A stretch of DNA of 63,578 nt, the filler included, from a bacterium (GTDB lineage Bacteria; JBBIVP01), in the NCBI GenBank assembly GCA_037439705.1. It is 3 parts of 3 records of this genome, joined end to end, with 100 filler letters (N's around TTAATTAATTAA, not from the genome) between each part and the next. Parts side by side here need not be neighbours in the genome. Positions count along the whole stretch, not along the records: positions 22,576 to 44,685 come from JBBIVP010000012.1; positions 44,786 to 63,578 come from JBBIVP010000018.1; 1 more part is not named here. The stretch is one strand, 5' to 3'. Shown here one piece after another: positions 39,865 through 49,993 of this stretch. A model generated the notes under the pieces. It saw nothing but the letters and a program-made list of their open reading frames with translations, did not search any database and was not told the DNA's origin. Position 1 is the stretch's first letter. Each line of letters starts with the position of its first letter. The position numbers and the translations under genes are program-made.

Positions 39865-39936
39865 ACATTTGAATCTTACCATTTTATTGACTAAAAATCC
39901 AGAGGTGGTAATAATTCTAAAAAACAGGAGGTAGAT

Positions 39937-40434
39937 ATGGAGACCGAAATCCTGAAAACAGCTATGGAATTTGAATTGAGCGGTGCCAGATTTTATTTAG
40001 AAACAGCAAGAAAAGTAAGGGATATTTCAGGAAAAAATATCCTTATTAGACTTGCCATTGACGAGCTTGACCATCATAAACTCCTCTCCCTTGAAATGGA
40101 AGAGCTTCAAAAAGGGAAAAAATGGAAAAAAGTGGAGGTAAAAGAAAGCATTATAGAAAAAATAAATCCGAAGCTCCCAAAAAGGTTTAAAGGAGAGAAA
40201 GGAAATTATGAACTCGCTGAAATAGATGCTCTTGAAATGGCTCTTGAGCAGGAAAAAAAATCCATGGAGTATTATAAAGAAAATGCTGAAAAAATTAATG
40301 ACCCGAACGCAAAAAAACTATTAAAGAGACTGGCTGAGATGGAAGAGGCTCATTATACACTGATTCAAACAGAAATAGATAATATCAGAGGGTATGGCTT
40401 CTGGATGGGATTTCAGGAATTTGATATGGAATGA
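39937..40434 (+). CDS. Ferritin-like/rubrerythrin family protein
   Basis: Two E...FY/YY...ExxH repeats (DELDH, EEAH). Confidence 0.88.
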   Translation: METEILKTAMEFELSGARFYLETARKVRDISGKNILIRLAIDELDHHKLLSLEMEELQKGKKWKKVEVKESIIEKINPKLPKRFKGEKGNYELAEIDALEMALEQEKKSMEYYKENAEKINDPNAKKLLKRLAEMEEAHYTLIQTEIDNIRGYGFWMGFQEFDME

Positions 40435-40997
40435 AAAACACAGGCAGAATCAATGATATAAAAAAGTCCTTCATTTCTCTTCTGGAAAAAACAATTGATG
40501 AAAACGAAGAAAAGATCATAAATGCAGTAGAGATTATAGAAAAGGCTTTAAAAAAGGGGAAGAAAATCCTGTGTTTCGGAAACGGGGGAAGCGCTGCAGA
40601 CGCTATGCATTTTTCAGCAGAAATTGTTGGAAGGTTTAAAACTTCAAGAAGAGGATATCCAGCAATTGCTCTTTCTTCAAATCCATCAATACTTACCGCT
40701 ATTGGAAACGATTTCGGATTTCAATGGACATTTGCGAGACAGATCGAGGCTTATGGAGAAAAAGGAGATATTGCTATTGGGTGGACAACAAGCGGAAAAT
40801 CAATTAATGTGATAGAAGGATTGAGAAAGGCTGAAAAGTTAAAACTGAGAACAATCGCTTTCTGCGGAGAATATACAGAATTGCTCAATTTCTGTGATGT
40901 CCTTTTTTCCGTTCCTTCTTCTGAAACCTCAAGGGTTCAAGAAATCCATCAGTTTATATATCACACAATAATTGAACTTCTGGAGGAAAAAATATAA
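40431..40997 (+). CDS. gmhA: Phosphoheptose (sedoheptulose-7-P) isomerase
   Basis: FGNGGSAADAMH, TAIGNDFG, TSGKS.N, RVQEIH. Confidence 0.92.
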   Translation: MKNTGRINDIKKSFISLLEKTIDENEEKIINAVEIIEKALKKGKKILCFGNGGSAADAMHFSAEIVGRFKTSRRGYPAIALSSNPSILTAIGNDFGFQWTFARQIEAYGEKGDIAIGWTTSGKSINVIEGLRKAEKLKLRTIAFCGEYTELLNFCDVLFSVPSSETSRVQEIHQFIYHTIIELLEEKI

Positions 40998-41389
40998 TGA
41001 ATTACAGGGAGATTTTTCAAAGCGTTGGGGAGGCTTTCATTCCATCAGGAGGACCATTTGAAATCGGGGGAGGAAGGGCAGATCTCACAGGGCAATTTGT
41101 TTTTTTTGTTTCTTCCTTTGGAAGAAAACCATTTTTCACAAAAATTTTTCTTCAGTTTTTTAATTTTCTTCCCTTTATTCTTTTCTTCAAAGCCAAAAAA
41201 TTTACCTCCCTTTCAAAAGAGGAAAAAGAAAAATTTCTTACGAAACTCAGGGAAAGCAAATTTTCCATTTTAAGGGGAATATATATTCTTCTGAGGTCTC
41301 TTGTTTTTTTAACATTTTACAGTCTGGAAGAAGTATGTGACGCCATAAGATATAGAACAGAATGCGAGGCAGATGAAAAAAATTTATGA
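40997..41389 (+). CDS. Small hypothetical partner of GMC oxidoreductase
   Basis: FTSLSKEEKEKFL...LRSLVFLTFYS..EV..AIRY pattern; overlaps GMC start. Confidence 0.6.
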   Translation: MNYREIFQSVGEAFIPSGGPFEIGGGRADLTGQFVFFVSSFGRKPFFTKIFLQFFNFLPFILFFKAKKFTSLSKEEKEKFLTKLRESKFSILRGIYILLRSLVFLTFYSLEEVCDAIRYRTECEADEKNL

Positions 41390-42845
41390 TAAAGCAGATG
41401 TGGTTGTAATAGGAACAGGAGCGGGAGGTGCTCCGTTTGCAAAAGAGGTGGCAGAAAAAGGTTTAAAAGTAATCATTCTTGAAAGGGGGAAGGACTTTTT
41501 AAAGTTAGAGAAGGGAGAAAATCTATTTGAGGGAGCGGTCAGGGTTTTTTCAAAAACCAATGCCTTCAGGGGGTCTATTGTAATCGGAAACCCGCCAATG
41601 GTGATTGGCTACGGATTCTGCACAGGAGGTTCAACAGCTATAAATGCTGGCACGTGTTTCAGACCCCCTTCTCACATCCTCAAAAAATGGAGGGAAGAAG
41701 GACTGGAGATATTTACAGAAGAGTACATAAACAAAATCGCTATGGATGTTGAAGCTTTTTTGCCCGTAAAGGAAGTAGATGAGAAAGCAATGGGAAGGGG
41801 CGGAAAGGTTTTCGCAAGAGGAATAAAAAATCTTGGATGGAGCGGTGGTCCTGTAAAAAGAAATGCAGACGGATGCCTTGGATGCGGTGCATGCGTTGCG
41901 GGGTGTCCGGTAGATGCAAAAAAAGCAACCCACCTGAGTTATCTTCCATCCGCGCTGAAAGCCGGGGCAACCCTCTACAAGATGGCAAAGGCAGAGGAAA
42001 TTTTAATAAAAAATGGAAGGGTGGAAGGAGTTAATGCTACATGGATTGATGAGAAAGGAAAAAAATGGAAACTTGAAATTCGTTCAACGATAGTGGCTGT
42101 TGGAGCAGGTGCAGTGCATACTCCAGTTTTACTGAAAAGAAGCATTGGTTCTTCTTATGGAGTTATTGGGAAAAATTTTCGCCTTCATCCGGGAGGTGTT
42201 GTGGGTGCTATATTTGATGAAGAAATAAGGTGCTGGAGAGGTGTTCCACAGAGCTATTACTGCGATGAGTTTTTGAAAGAAGAAATGATTCTCCTTCTTG
42301 GAGCAATCCCTCCTCCACTTGGAGCAAACCTGATACCCGGCTTTGGAATTTTTCACAAAGAACTTATGGCAAAATACACCGGATTTATTGATGCGGGTGT
42401 TCTTGTAAGCGACACATCCTGCGGAGAAGTTTTGAGTATTGGAAAAATTCCTTTCATAAAATACAAACTTCATAACCATGACTTTATAAAATTGAAAAAG
42501 GGAATGAATGCCCTTGCAGAGATATTCTTTTCAGCAGGTGCAAAATATGTATTTCCTCTCTCACAAAATGGATTTGTTGCAAAAACACTTAAAGAATTTA
42601 AAGATGGCATGGAAAGATTGAAGAAAGAGGAAATGATTTGCGGAAGCATTCATCCAATGGGAACAGCAAAAATGGGAACAGATCCTGAAAACTCTTTTGT
42701 CAACCAGTTTCTTGAATCTCATAGAATAAAGGGACTTTTCGTGGTAGATGCCAGCGTCTTACCAACTTCAACTGTAGTAAATCCCCAAGAAACAATAATG
42801 ATTCTTTCCACCCATGCTGCAAGAAGTTTTCTCAGCAGGAAATGA
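41373..42845 (+). CDS. GMC family oxidoreductase
   Basis: IGTGAGG, GGSTAINAG, CLGCGACVAGCP, HPMGT, VDASVLPTS..VNPQ. Confidence 0.92.
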   Translation: MKKIYDKADVVVIGTGAGGAPFAKEVAEKGLKVIILERGKDFLKLEKGENLFEGAVRVFSKTNAFRGSIVIGNPPMVIGYGFCTGGSTAINAGTCFRPPSHILKKWREEGLEIFTEEYINKIAMDVEAFLPVKEVDEKAMGRGGKVFARGIKNLGWSGGPVKRNADGCLGCGACVAGCPVDAKKATHLSYLPSALKAGATLYKMAKAEEILIKNGRVEGVNATWIDEKGKKWKLEIRSTIVAVGAGAVHTPVLLKRSIGSSYGVIGKNFRLHPGGVVGAIFDEEIRCWRGVPQSYYCDEFLKEEMILLLGAIPPPLGANLIPGFGIFHKELMAKYTGFIDAGVLVSDTSCGEVLSIGKIPFIKYKLHNHDFIKLKKGMNALAEIFFSAGAKYVFPLSQNGFVAKTLKEFKDGMERLKKEEMICGSIHPMGTAKMGTDPENSFVNQFLESHRIKGLFVVDASVLPTSTVVNPQETIMILSTHAARSFLSRK

Positions 42846-43383
42846 AAAAATTATCTATGTTGAAGTTGGATTTGGGAACGGTGATTTTACAATTCATCTT
42901 GCGAAAAAAAATCCCGATGCGGAAATTATCGGAATAGAAATATCAAAAAAATCAATAGAAAAATTAAAAAAGAAGGTAGAAAAAGAAGGTATAAATAACA
43001 TCAGAATAATTCATGCGGATGCCAGAATGGCACTCTCCTCTTTTCCCGATAACTCAATTTCCTGTATATTTTTTAACTTTCCCGACCCATGGTGGAAAAG
43101 AAAGCACAGAAAAAGAAGGCTTTTCACACCTGAATTTATAAAACTTTTATCAAGAAAATTGAAGGAGAACGGAAGAGTGGAAATAGCAACTGACCACATT
43201 GAATATGGTGGTGAAATAATGAAAAACTTTGAAATGTCCGGAATTTTTTATTCAGAATTTGGAAATTACCCTGCCCTACCTTTTATTCTTGATAGAAAAA
43301 GAACAAAATACGAAGAAAAGTTCTGGAGGATGGGAAAAACGATTCTGTATATGAGATTTGTAAAGCATTATAATCTATCATAA
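42814..43383 (+). CDS. trmB: tRNA (guanine-N7)-methyltransferase
   Basis: EVGFGNG, NFPDPWWKRKHRKRR, ATDH, TKYE. Confidence 0.92.
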   Translation: MLQEVFSAGNEKIIYVEVGFGNGDFTIHLAKKNPDAEIIGIEISKKSIEKLKKKVEKEGINNIRIIHADARMALSSFPDNSISCIFFNFPDPWWKRKHRKRRLFTPEFIKLLSRKLKENGRVEIATDHIEYGGEIMKNFEMSGIFYSEFGNYPALPFILDRKRTKYEEKFWRMGKTILYMRFVKHYNLS

Positions 43384-44660
43384 ATTATATCCTGTATATC
43401 AAAAGCAGCTTTTATGGCTTTTGCTACCACAAACCTCAATGGTTCAGGAGGCATTGGAAGAATTTTTCTGTTAACGAAAAATACCTCTGTCCTCTCTGTT
43501 TTCTTATCAAGAAGAAGCTCTGCTATAGTCCATCCATTCATATGTGTAAGGGAAACTCCGTGTCCCACACATCCTAAACTGTAGATAATACTTTTGTCTC
43601 CGAGAAATCCAATTGCGGGAATGAGGTCAAGGGAAACAGATACCGGTCCTCCCCACCTGTGAGTAATTTTCACATCCTTTAATACTGGAAATGTGTTTTT
43701 TATGTCCTCCTCAAGTCTTCTGAAAATTTTTTCATTGAGGTCCTTGTCCATATTCTTCCCAAAGGCAATACTTATTGACCGACCGCCCATGAGCAATCTA
43801 TTTTCTTTAGTAAGTCTATAATAGTGGACAAAATTCCTCGCATCCTCAATTCCCTGCCTGTTCTTCCATCCAATCTCCTCAAAATGTTTATCTTTAAGGG
43901 GTTCCGTAAGGACTATGTGGGTAAAAACAGGTATCTGTTTTCTTTTCAATCCCGGAATTAGATGGGAATAGGCATTTGTCGCGAGAACCACTTTATCTGC
44001 TGAAACACTTCCTTCAGGAGTTTTCAAAACTATCTTTCCATTTCTTTTTATTTCAATTACCGGTGTTCTCTCGTATATCTCAACACCTTTTTTAAAAATC
44101 ACATCCTTCATCCCCCACGCCAATTTTGCTGGATTAAGAAGTCCACATCTCCTTTCCCACCATGCTCCAAGATAAAGAGGAGAACGCACTTCCTCACTTA
44201 ACCTATCTTTATTTAGCCACTCTATTCCCTTTATTCCGAGAGCCTGAACCATTTCCACCTCGTGCTTTATCCTTTTCTCATATCTTTTAGATGTAGCAAC
44301 CCTCAAAAATCCTGGATGCTCATACTCGCAATCAATCTTCTCCTCCGTAACAATTTTCTGAACGAGGTCAACAGCATTTTCCATATAGTGATGGGCTTCA
44401 ACAGCCTTTTCTTTACCAAAAACCCTTGCGGTAAGGGAAAAGGTAAAGCCAAAAAGGGTCATAGAGAAACCAGCATTTCTTCCACTCGCTCCAAATCCTA
44501 TAACCTCGCTCTCAAGAAGGACCACCTTTAAAGAGGGACTTTCCTTTTTTAGAAAATAAGCAGTTGATAGTCCGGTATAACCACCTCCAACAATCGCCAC
44601 ATCTGCTTTTATTTCTCCTCTAAGAGGTGTGTTTTCTTTATAATCTCCTGCTCTACAGAA
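43368..44660 (-). CDS. FAD-dependent oxidoreductase (PuuB/DadA-like); 5' end uncertain at scaffold edge
   Basis: ADVAIVGGGYTG, GASGRNAG, LATNAY, GHGV. Confidence 0.85.
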   Translation of the reverse strand, partial: FCRAGDYKENTPLRGEIKADVAIVGGGYTGLSTAYFLKKESPSLKVVLLESEVIGFGASGRNAGFSMTLFGFTFSLTARVFGKEKAVEAHHYMENAVDLVQKIVTEEKIDCEYEHPGFLRVATSKRYEKRIKHEVEMVQALGIKGIEWLNKDRLSEEVRSPLYLGAWWERRCGLLNPAKLAWGMKDVIFKKGVEIYERTPVIEIKRNGKIVLKTPEGSVSADKVVLATNAYSHLIPGLKRKQIPVFTHIVLTEPLKDKHFEEIGWKNRQGIEDARNFVHYYRLTKENRLLMGGRSISIAFGKNMDKDLNEKIFRRLEEDIKNTFPVLKDVKITHRWGGPVSVSLDLIPAIGFLGDKSIIYSLGCVGHGVSLTHMNGWTIAELLLDKKTERTEVFFVNRKILPMPPEPLRFVVAKAIKAAFDIQDIIYDRL

Positions 44661-44685
44661 CTTCCAATCTCGTTAGCCCATAAAT

Positions 44686-44785
44686 NNNNNNNNNNNNNNN
44701 NNNNNNNNNNNNNNNNNNNNNNNNNNNNNTTAATTAATTAANNNNNNNNNNNNNNNNNNNNNNNNNNNNNNNNNNNNNNNNNNNN
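44686..44785. other. Artificial scaffold linker
   Basis: N-run containing TTAATTAATTAA at 44730-44741. Confidence 0.97.
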
Positions 44786-45044
44786 AATTTCCATATCAGA
44801 TGGAATGAAAAAGAAGATAATCAGTGGTGAAGACCTGAGAAGAATTATTGGTTATAACGAGATAAAAAGCACAATTTTTGAAATTAAAGAGGCAGGTGAT
44901 TCCATAATTTTTAAAGGAGAAGGAATGGGACACGGAGTTGGAATGTGTCAGTGGGGAGCCTATGAGATGGCAAAAATGGGATATAACTACAGGCAGATTC
45001 TTTTTCATTACTATAAAGGTGTTAATATTTTAAAAATATATTGA
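44786..45044 (+). CDS. SpoIID/LytB family protein, C-terminal fragment
   Basis: G.GHGVGMCQWGA..MA, QILFHYY; typically upstream of queA. Confidence 0.88.
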
Positions 45045-46060
45045 TGTTCAGAACGGAAGAATATTCTTTCAACTTTCCGAAAGAACTTATTGCAAGGTAC
45101 CCTTCTGAAAAAAGGGAAAAATCAAGACTGCTTGTCCTCCTTCCAGACGGAAAAATTTTACATCTTTTTTTTCACGACCTAATATCCTTTTTCAAAAAGG
45201 GAGACCTCCTTGTTTTGAACAATACAGAGGTGATAAGGGCAAGATTATGGACAAAAAAGGAGACAGGCGGAAAAGTGGAACTTCTTTTTTTAAAAAAGAT
45301 AGAGGACGAAAGATGGGAGGCAATTTTCAGGGGAAAGTTAAAGGAAGGGGATATACTTATTACTTTGGAAGGTTCAACCCTTGAAGTTACGGAATTTACC
45401 CCGAGAAAAAGCGTTATTGTTTCTGGAAAAAGAATTGACAAAATCCTTGAAAAGGAAGGAGAAATTCCTCTTCCACCATACATAAAAAGAAAGCCTGTTG
45501 AAATGGATAAAAAGAGATATCAGACTGTATTCGCAAGGGTAAAAGGTTCGGTTGCAGCACCAACAGCCGGACTTCATTTTTCTGAGGAACTGCTAAAAGA
45601 AATCAAAAATCACGGGATAGAAATTGCGGAAATAACACTTCATGTCTCATGGGATACATTCAAACCCATAAAGGAAGATGATATAAGAAAACACAAACTG
45701 CACGGAGAATACTGCATCGTAGGAGAAGAGGTTGTGAAAAAAATAATTGAAACGAAAAAAACAGGAGGAAGGATTATAGCCTGCGGAACCACTGTTGTAA
45801 GAGCTCTTGAAACAGCGGGCTCAGGTGGAATTTTAAAACCCTTTGAAGGAATTACTGAACTTTACATCGTCCCCGGCTTCAGGTTTTCGGTTATTGACCT
45901 TTTGATTACGAACTTCCACTTCCCAAAATCAACCCTTCTTGTCCTTGTATCTGCATTTGTAGGCAAAAACAGAATACTCAAAGCCTATCAAACTGCCATT
46001 GAAAAAAAATACAGATTATTCTCCTACGGAGATGCAATGTTAATATATCCGAAAAGATGA
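45041..46060 (+). CDS. queA: S-adenosylmethionine:tRNA ribosyltransferase-isomerase
   Basis: PLPPYI, YQTVFA, VAAPTAGLHF, TNFHFPKS, FSYGDAM. Confidence 0.96.
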   Translation: MMFRTEEYSFNFPKELIARYPSEKREKSRLLVLLPDGKILHLFFHDLISFFKKGDLLVLNNTEVIRARLWTKKETGGKVELLFLKKIEDERWEAIFRGKLKEGDILITLEGSTLEVTEFTPRKSVIVSGKRIDKILEKEGEIPLPPYIKRKPVEMDKKRYQTVFARVKGSVAAPTAGLHFSEELLKEIKNHGIEIAEITLHVSWDTFKPIKEDDIRKHKLHGEYCIVGEEVVKKIIETKKTGGRIIACGTTVVRALETAGSGGILKPFEGITELYIVPGFRFSVIDLLITNFHFPKSTLLVLVSAFVGKNRILKAYQTAIEKKYRLFSYGDAMLIYPKR

Positions 46061-47205
46061 GAAAAATACACAGAAATTTTATTCTTGCCTCTGCCACTGC
46101 GTTTTTCTTCTTCACATCAATGAGTTTCTTTTTACTTCTTCCAAAATTTATTCACCAGTTAGGTGGAAAAAAAGGAGAGATAGGGCTCATAATGGGTGCT
46201 TCCGGATTTGCAAGTTGTATTCTTATACCACTTACTGGAATTATTGCAGAAAAACTGGGAAGAAAAAAAATTGCCTTAACGGGTATTCTCGGGGCTTCCA
46301 TAGTTGCCTTTTTATACATCTGCGTCAAATCCATGGATTTACCATTACTTATAACCCTCAGAATTTTCCAGGGAACATTTTTTGCATTTTCTTTTGTTTC
46401 CTGCGCTTCCTTTGCGGGTGACTTTTCACCTCCTGGAAGAAAAAGTGAGTTTCTTGGTTATTTCGGAATTGCAATTCTTTCTCCAAATATGATTGGACCA
46501 TACCTCGGAGAAAAAATTATAGAAATGAGTTTTGATTTCTTATTTATGGCTTCCGCCTTTTCCGGATGCATTGCCTCCATAATCGCCCTCTTCTTTGCAA
46601 ATGACCAAATTCAGCCTGAAAAAGTTGAAAAGAAAACCAATCTTATTGAGTTCTTAAAATTTTTAAAATATCTATTGTCCCTTTCTTTCATCCTCGGATG
46701 CCTATTTTCAACCACCTTCTTTTTTCTTCCCATCTACAGTGTGGAAAAAGGAATTGAAAAAGTAGGAATTTTCTACACAGCCTATACCCTTACAGCAATT
46801 GTAATAAGATTTCTTCTCGGGAGTGTTTCTGAAAAAATTGAATTTCACAAAAGAACTCCTGTTTTATTCTTTCTCATCTCGGTAGCTATCATGCTAATTG
46901 CTCGTATGAACTCCATTTCATCTCTCATCCTTTCAGCAATTATTTATGGTTTTGGAGAAGGACTTGCCTATCCATCAATAAATGGAGAAGTTCTTAACAG
47001 AGCTCCTAACTATTTAATAAATGTTGCTACTGGATTTTACATCGGTGCGTTTAACCTGGGCACCCTTCTTGCTCCCATAACATTTGGCTATTTCTCACAG
47101 CTCTATTCCTTCAAAACCGCATTTTTTGGGACATCATTATTTCCACTTTTTGGAATCCTTCTTATCTTGCTTGATTATTATAAGGGACAGTTCCGAAGAA
47201 TTTAA
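46057..47205 (+). CDS. MFS transporter
   Basis: About 12 TMs, G.IAEKLGRKK motif A, LRIFQG. Confidence 0.88.
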   Translation: MRKIHRNFILASATAFFFFTSMSFFLLLPKFIHQLGGKKGEIGLIMGASGFASCILIPLTGIIAEKLGRKKIALTGILGASIVAFLYICVKSMDLPLLITLRIFQGTFFAFSFVSCASFAGDFSPPGRKSEFLGYFGIAILSPNMIGPYLGEKIIEMSFDFLFMASAFSGCIASIIALFFANDQIQPEKVEKKTNLIEFLKFLKYLLSLSFILGCLFSTTFFFLPIYSVEKGIEKVGIFYTAYTLTAIVIRFLLGSVSEKIEFHKRTPVLFFLISVAIMLIARMNSISSLILSAIIYGFGEGLAYPSINGEVLNRAPNYLINVATGFYIGAFNLGTLLAPITFGYFSQLYSFKTAFFGTSLFPLFGILLILLDYYKGQFRRI

Positions 47206-47217
47206 GTTTTTAAAATA

Positions 47218-48855
47218 TTACTTAACCTTCTCCCTCCATCCCGGATATTCCTTATCTCTGTCCCATCCATGGTTTTTTAATTCTTTTTCTTTTGCAATGA
47301 GTTCGTGCTTTTTTATCCTGCCTGTAGGTGTATATGGTAAAGAAGAAACAATTTCAATATACCTCGGCACCTTAAAATAAGCCAGTTCCCTTCCCACATA
47401 TTGAACGAGCTCCTTAGGCTCAATTTTTTTAATATTTTCCTTTGGAAGAACAATCGCTTTCACCTCTTCTCCCCTTATCGGGTCAGGCACAGGAATTACT
47501 GCACAATCCTTAACTGCTGGATGGGTTTTTATTACAGCCTCCACCTCCCACGCAGCAATGTTTTCTCCCGACCTTCTTATTATGAACTTCTTCCTTTCAA
47601 CAAAGTATGTAAACCCAGCTTCGTCTCTTGTCACAATATCTCCGCTGTAAAGCCATCCATTCACAATTGTCTCCGCTGTCTTATCCTTATCCTTCCAGTA
47701 TCCAAGCATTGTGCAAGGGCTTCTCCTTATTAGCTCTCCCTTTTCACCGGGTTTAACCTCCTTACCATCCTCACCAATAACTTTTGCTTCATGTCCTAAA
47801 TCCCAGAAAGCAGGAATCCCAAACGACCCAACAACCCTTCCATCCTTGGAAGGATAATTCAAAAAAGGAAGCGGGTCTTCTGTTTGACTATACCCTTCAA
47901 GCACAGTAACCCCGAATCTCTCTTCAAAGGCTTCCCAGAGTTCCTTTGGGGTTCCTCCAACAATCACATATTTTGCAGGATTGTCTCTATCTGAAGGTGA
48001 AGAAGGTAGTGAAAAGAGAAGTTGCATAAGCGAACCGAGTGCATTAAATGTTGTAGCTTTATATTTTCTTATTTCCTCCCAGAACTTCTGAGGGCTGAAC
48101 TTGTCAGAAAGAATCAGTGTTTTTCCCGAAACCATCATTCCCAGGGACGAATAGATTTGAGCATTTATATGGAACAATGGAAGACAGGTATAATCGCTTT
48201 CCATTTCTTCTATTGGCCAGAGGGAAATAGCTTTTGCTGCTAAAAGATAGGAATGATGGGAAAGAACAGCTCCCTTCGGCATCCCTGTTGTTCCTGATGT
48301 ATATATTATGGCAAACGGACTTTTCGGACTTATCCTTATTCCCCTTAATCTCCCTGTCGTTTTTTCTGCCTTCATCCTCAATTCAGAGGTGGGAACAATT
48401 GTTTTTAAAGATGGAAGGGAAGTCCTTACCTTTTCAGCAATCTGGAGAAGGTCGTCATCGCATACGAGAATTTTTGCCTCAGAATTTGAAAGAATGTACT
48501 GGACTTCCTTTTCTTTATAATACCAGTTCACTGGAACCTGGATCGCCCCGAGTTTAGCGCACGCAAAGATACAGGCTAAATAATCGGGAGAATTCTTCAT
48601 AAAGAGCGCAAGCCTGTCACCTTTTTCAAGACCGAGATTTCTCAAAGCCTCTCCAAATTTCATTGAATGAAGGTAAAATTCAAAATATGAAAACTGCTCA
48701 CCAGTGGGAGCAAAAATAAGGTAGGTTCTCTTAGGCCACAACCTTGATGCCAGTGAAATAAGCTCACCAACTGTTTTTGTCGCAAAAATTTTGGGATTTA
48801 GTTTCGTCTTTGCGGTTTTGCTTGAACTCCACTTTTTGTAATCTATCGTTTTCAT
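47218..48855 (-). CDS. Acyl-CoA synthetase (CaiC-like AMP-binding)
   Basis: IYTSGTTGMPKG, LPLFHINA, GYSQTE, SGD, RRSGENI. Confidence 0.92.
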   Translation of the reverse strand: MKTIDYKKWSSSKTAKTKLNPKIFATKTVGELISLASRLWPKRTYLIFAPTGEQFSYFEFYLHSMKFGEALRNLGLEKGDRLALFMKNSPDYLACIFACAKLGAIQVPVNWYYKEKEVQYILSNSEAKILVCDDDLLQIAEKVRTSLPSLKTIVPTSELRMKAEKTTGRLRGIRISPKSPFAIIYTSGTTGMPKGAVLSHHSYLLAAKAISLWPIEEMESDYTCLPLFHINAQIYSSLGMMVSGKTLILSDKFSPQKFWEEIRKYKATTFNALGSLMQLLFSLPSSPSDRDNPAKYVIVGGTPKELWEAFEERFGVTVLEGYSQTEDPLPFLNYPSKDGRVVGSFGIPAFWDLGHEAKVIGEDGKEVKPGEKGELIRRSPCTMLGYWKDKDKTAETIVNGWLYSGDIVTRDEAGFTYFVERKKFIIRRSGENIAAWEVEAVIKTHPAVKDCAVIPVPDPIRGEEVKAIVLPKENIKKIEPKELVQYVGRELAYFKVPRYIEIVSSLPYTPTGRIKKHELIAKEKELKNHGWDRDKEYPGWREKVK

Positions 48856-49105
48856 CTCCTGCCTCGTTTTTTTGTAGTATTTTACATCAAATTATACCAA
48901 ATAACAAGAGATAATAAATCATCATGTATAAGTTATATACATATGCGACATTTTATGAGTTTGAATGAGAAAATTTAAGGGGCTTTTTAGACCAAGGGAT
49001 TTGTTTCATTCCCCTCTCACTCTTTAATCTCGCACACATCTTAACTTTTCTCCCCACCATCAACAGCTATACCATTCCAGAAATTTTGCCAAATCAAAAC
49101 ATAAA

Positions 49106-49993
49106 TCAAACAGCTATTCTTGCGAGGTCAATGAGGAGCTTTGTGATTGTGAGAGACCTGTTGGCATTCGCTCTTATCTCACCACAGGCTGTATCAACCC
49201 TCTCATAAAGAGAAACAGTCTTCTCTGGAAAAATTTTAGATTTGACGAGCCAGTGTTTGAACAATTCAAGAAGGTCAATTATCTGTTCTCTTTTGCCCAC
49301 AAGGGCATCGGAAAGTTCCAGAACCCTTTTTATGGAGGTAACTTTAACCATCTGATAAATTTCTTCAAAAATGCTTATATCTTTTGAAAATTCTTTCATA
49401 AGGGAGATTCCAGCACCAGGGCTCCCGTCGGCAAGCTTTATAAAAATTTCCTCTTTTGGAATTCCCTCCAGTTCAAAAACCTGCGCAACTTCATCATCAG
49501 TTAAAAGCCCAAAATAAATGTGTTTACACCTTGACCTGATTGTAGGAAGGATTCTTCTTATACTGCTCGTAATCAGTATAATGAAGACTCCGGGAGGAGG
49601 TTCTTCAATTGTCTTCAAAAGCATCTTCGAACTTTTTACAGTAAGAATTTCTCCATCATCAAATATTACAAATCTCATATCTCCAGTATAAGGTTAGAAT
49701 TGAAGTTCTTCAAGAACCTCCTTCAACCTTTCCCTTTTTATTGAAATTCCTTCCGGCACAACTTCTATTATTGATGGATGATTCTCCTTAATTGCTCTCC
49801 TGCAGTTATCACAGGAAAAACATGGTTCCAAAACCTCTCCCCTTTCACATATCTGGGATATGGCAAAAATTTTCGCAGCCCTTTTCTTTCCCACACCTGC
49901 TGGACCGGCAAATATAAAAGCGTCAGCGGTTTTGGTTTTTTTCATAAATGATTTTAGAAGGGAAACAGCATTTTTATGCCCTACCAGCTTCAT
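49106..49993 (-). CDS. holB: DNA polymerase III delta' subunit, with in-frame TAA at 49694-49696
   Basis: GPAGVGK, PCFSCDNC, LLKTIEEPP, LPTIRSRC; the two tracked ORFs are in one frame (CAA TTC TAA CCT TAT); follows tmk. Confidence 0.9.
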
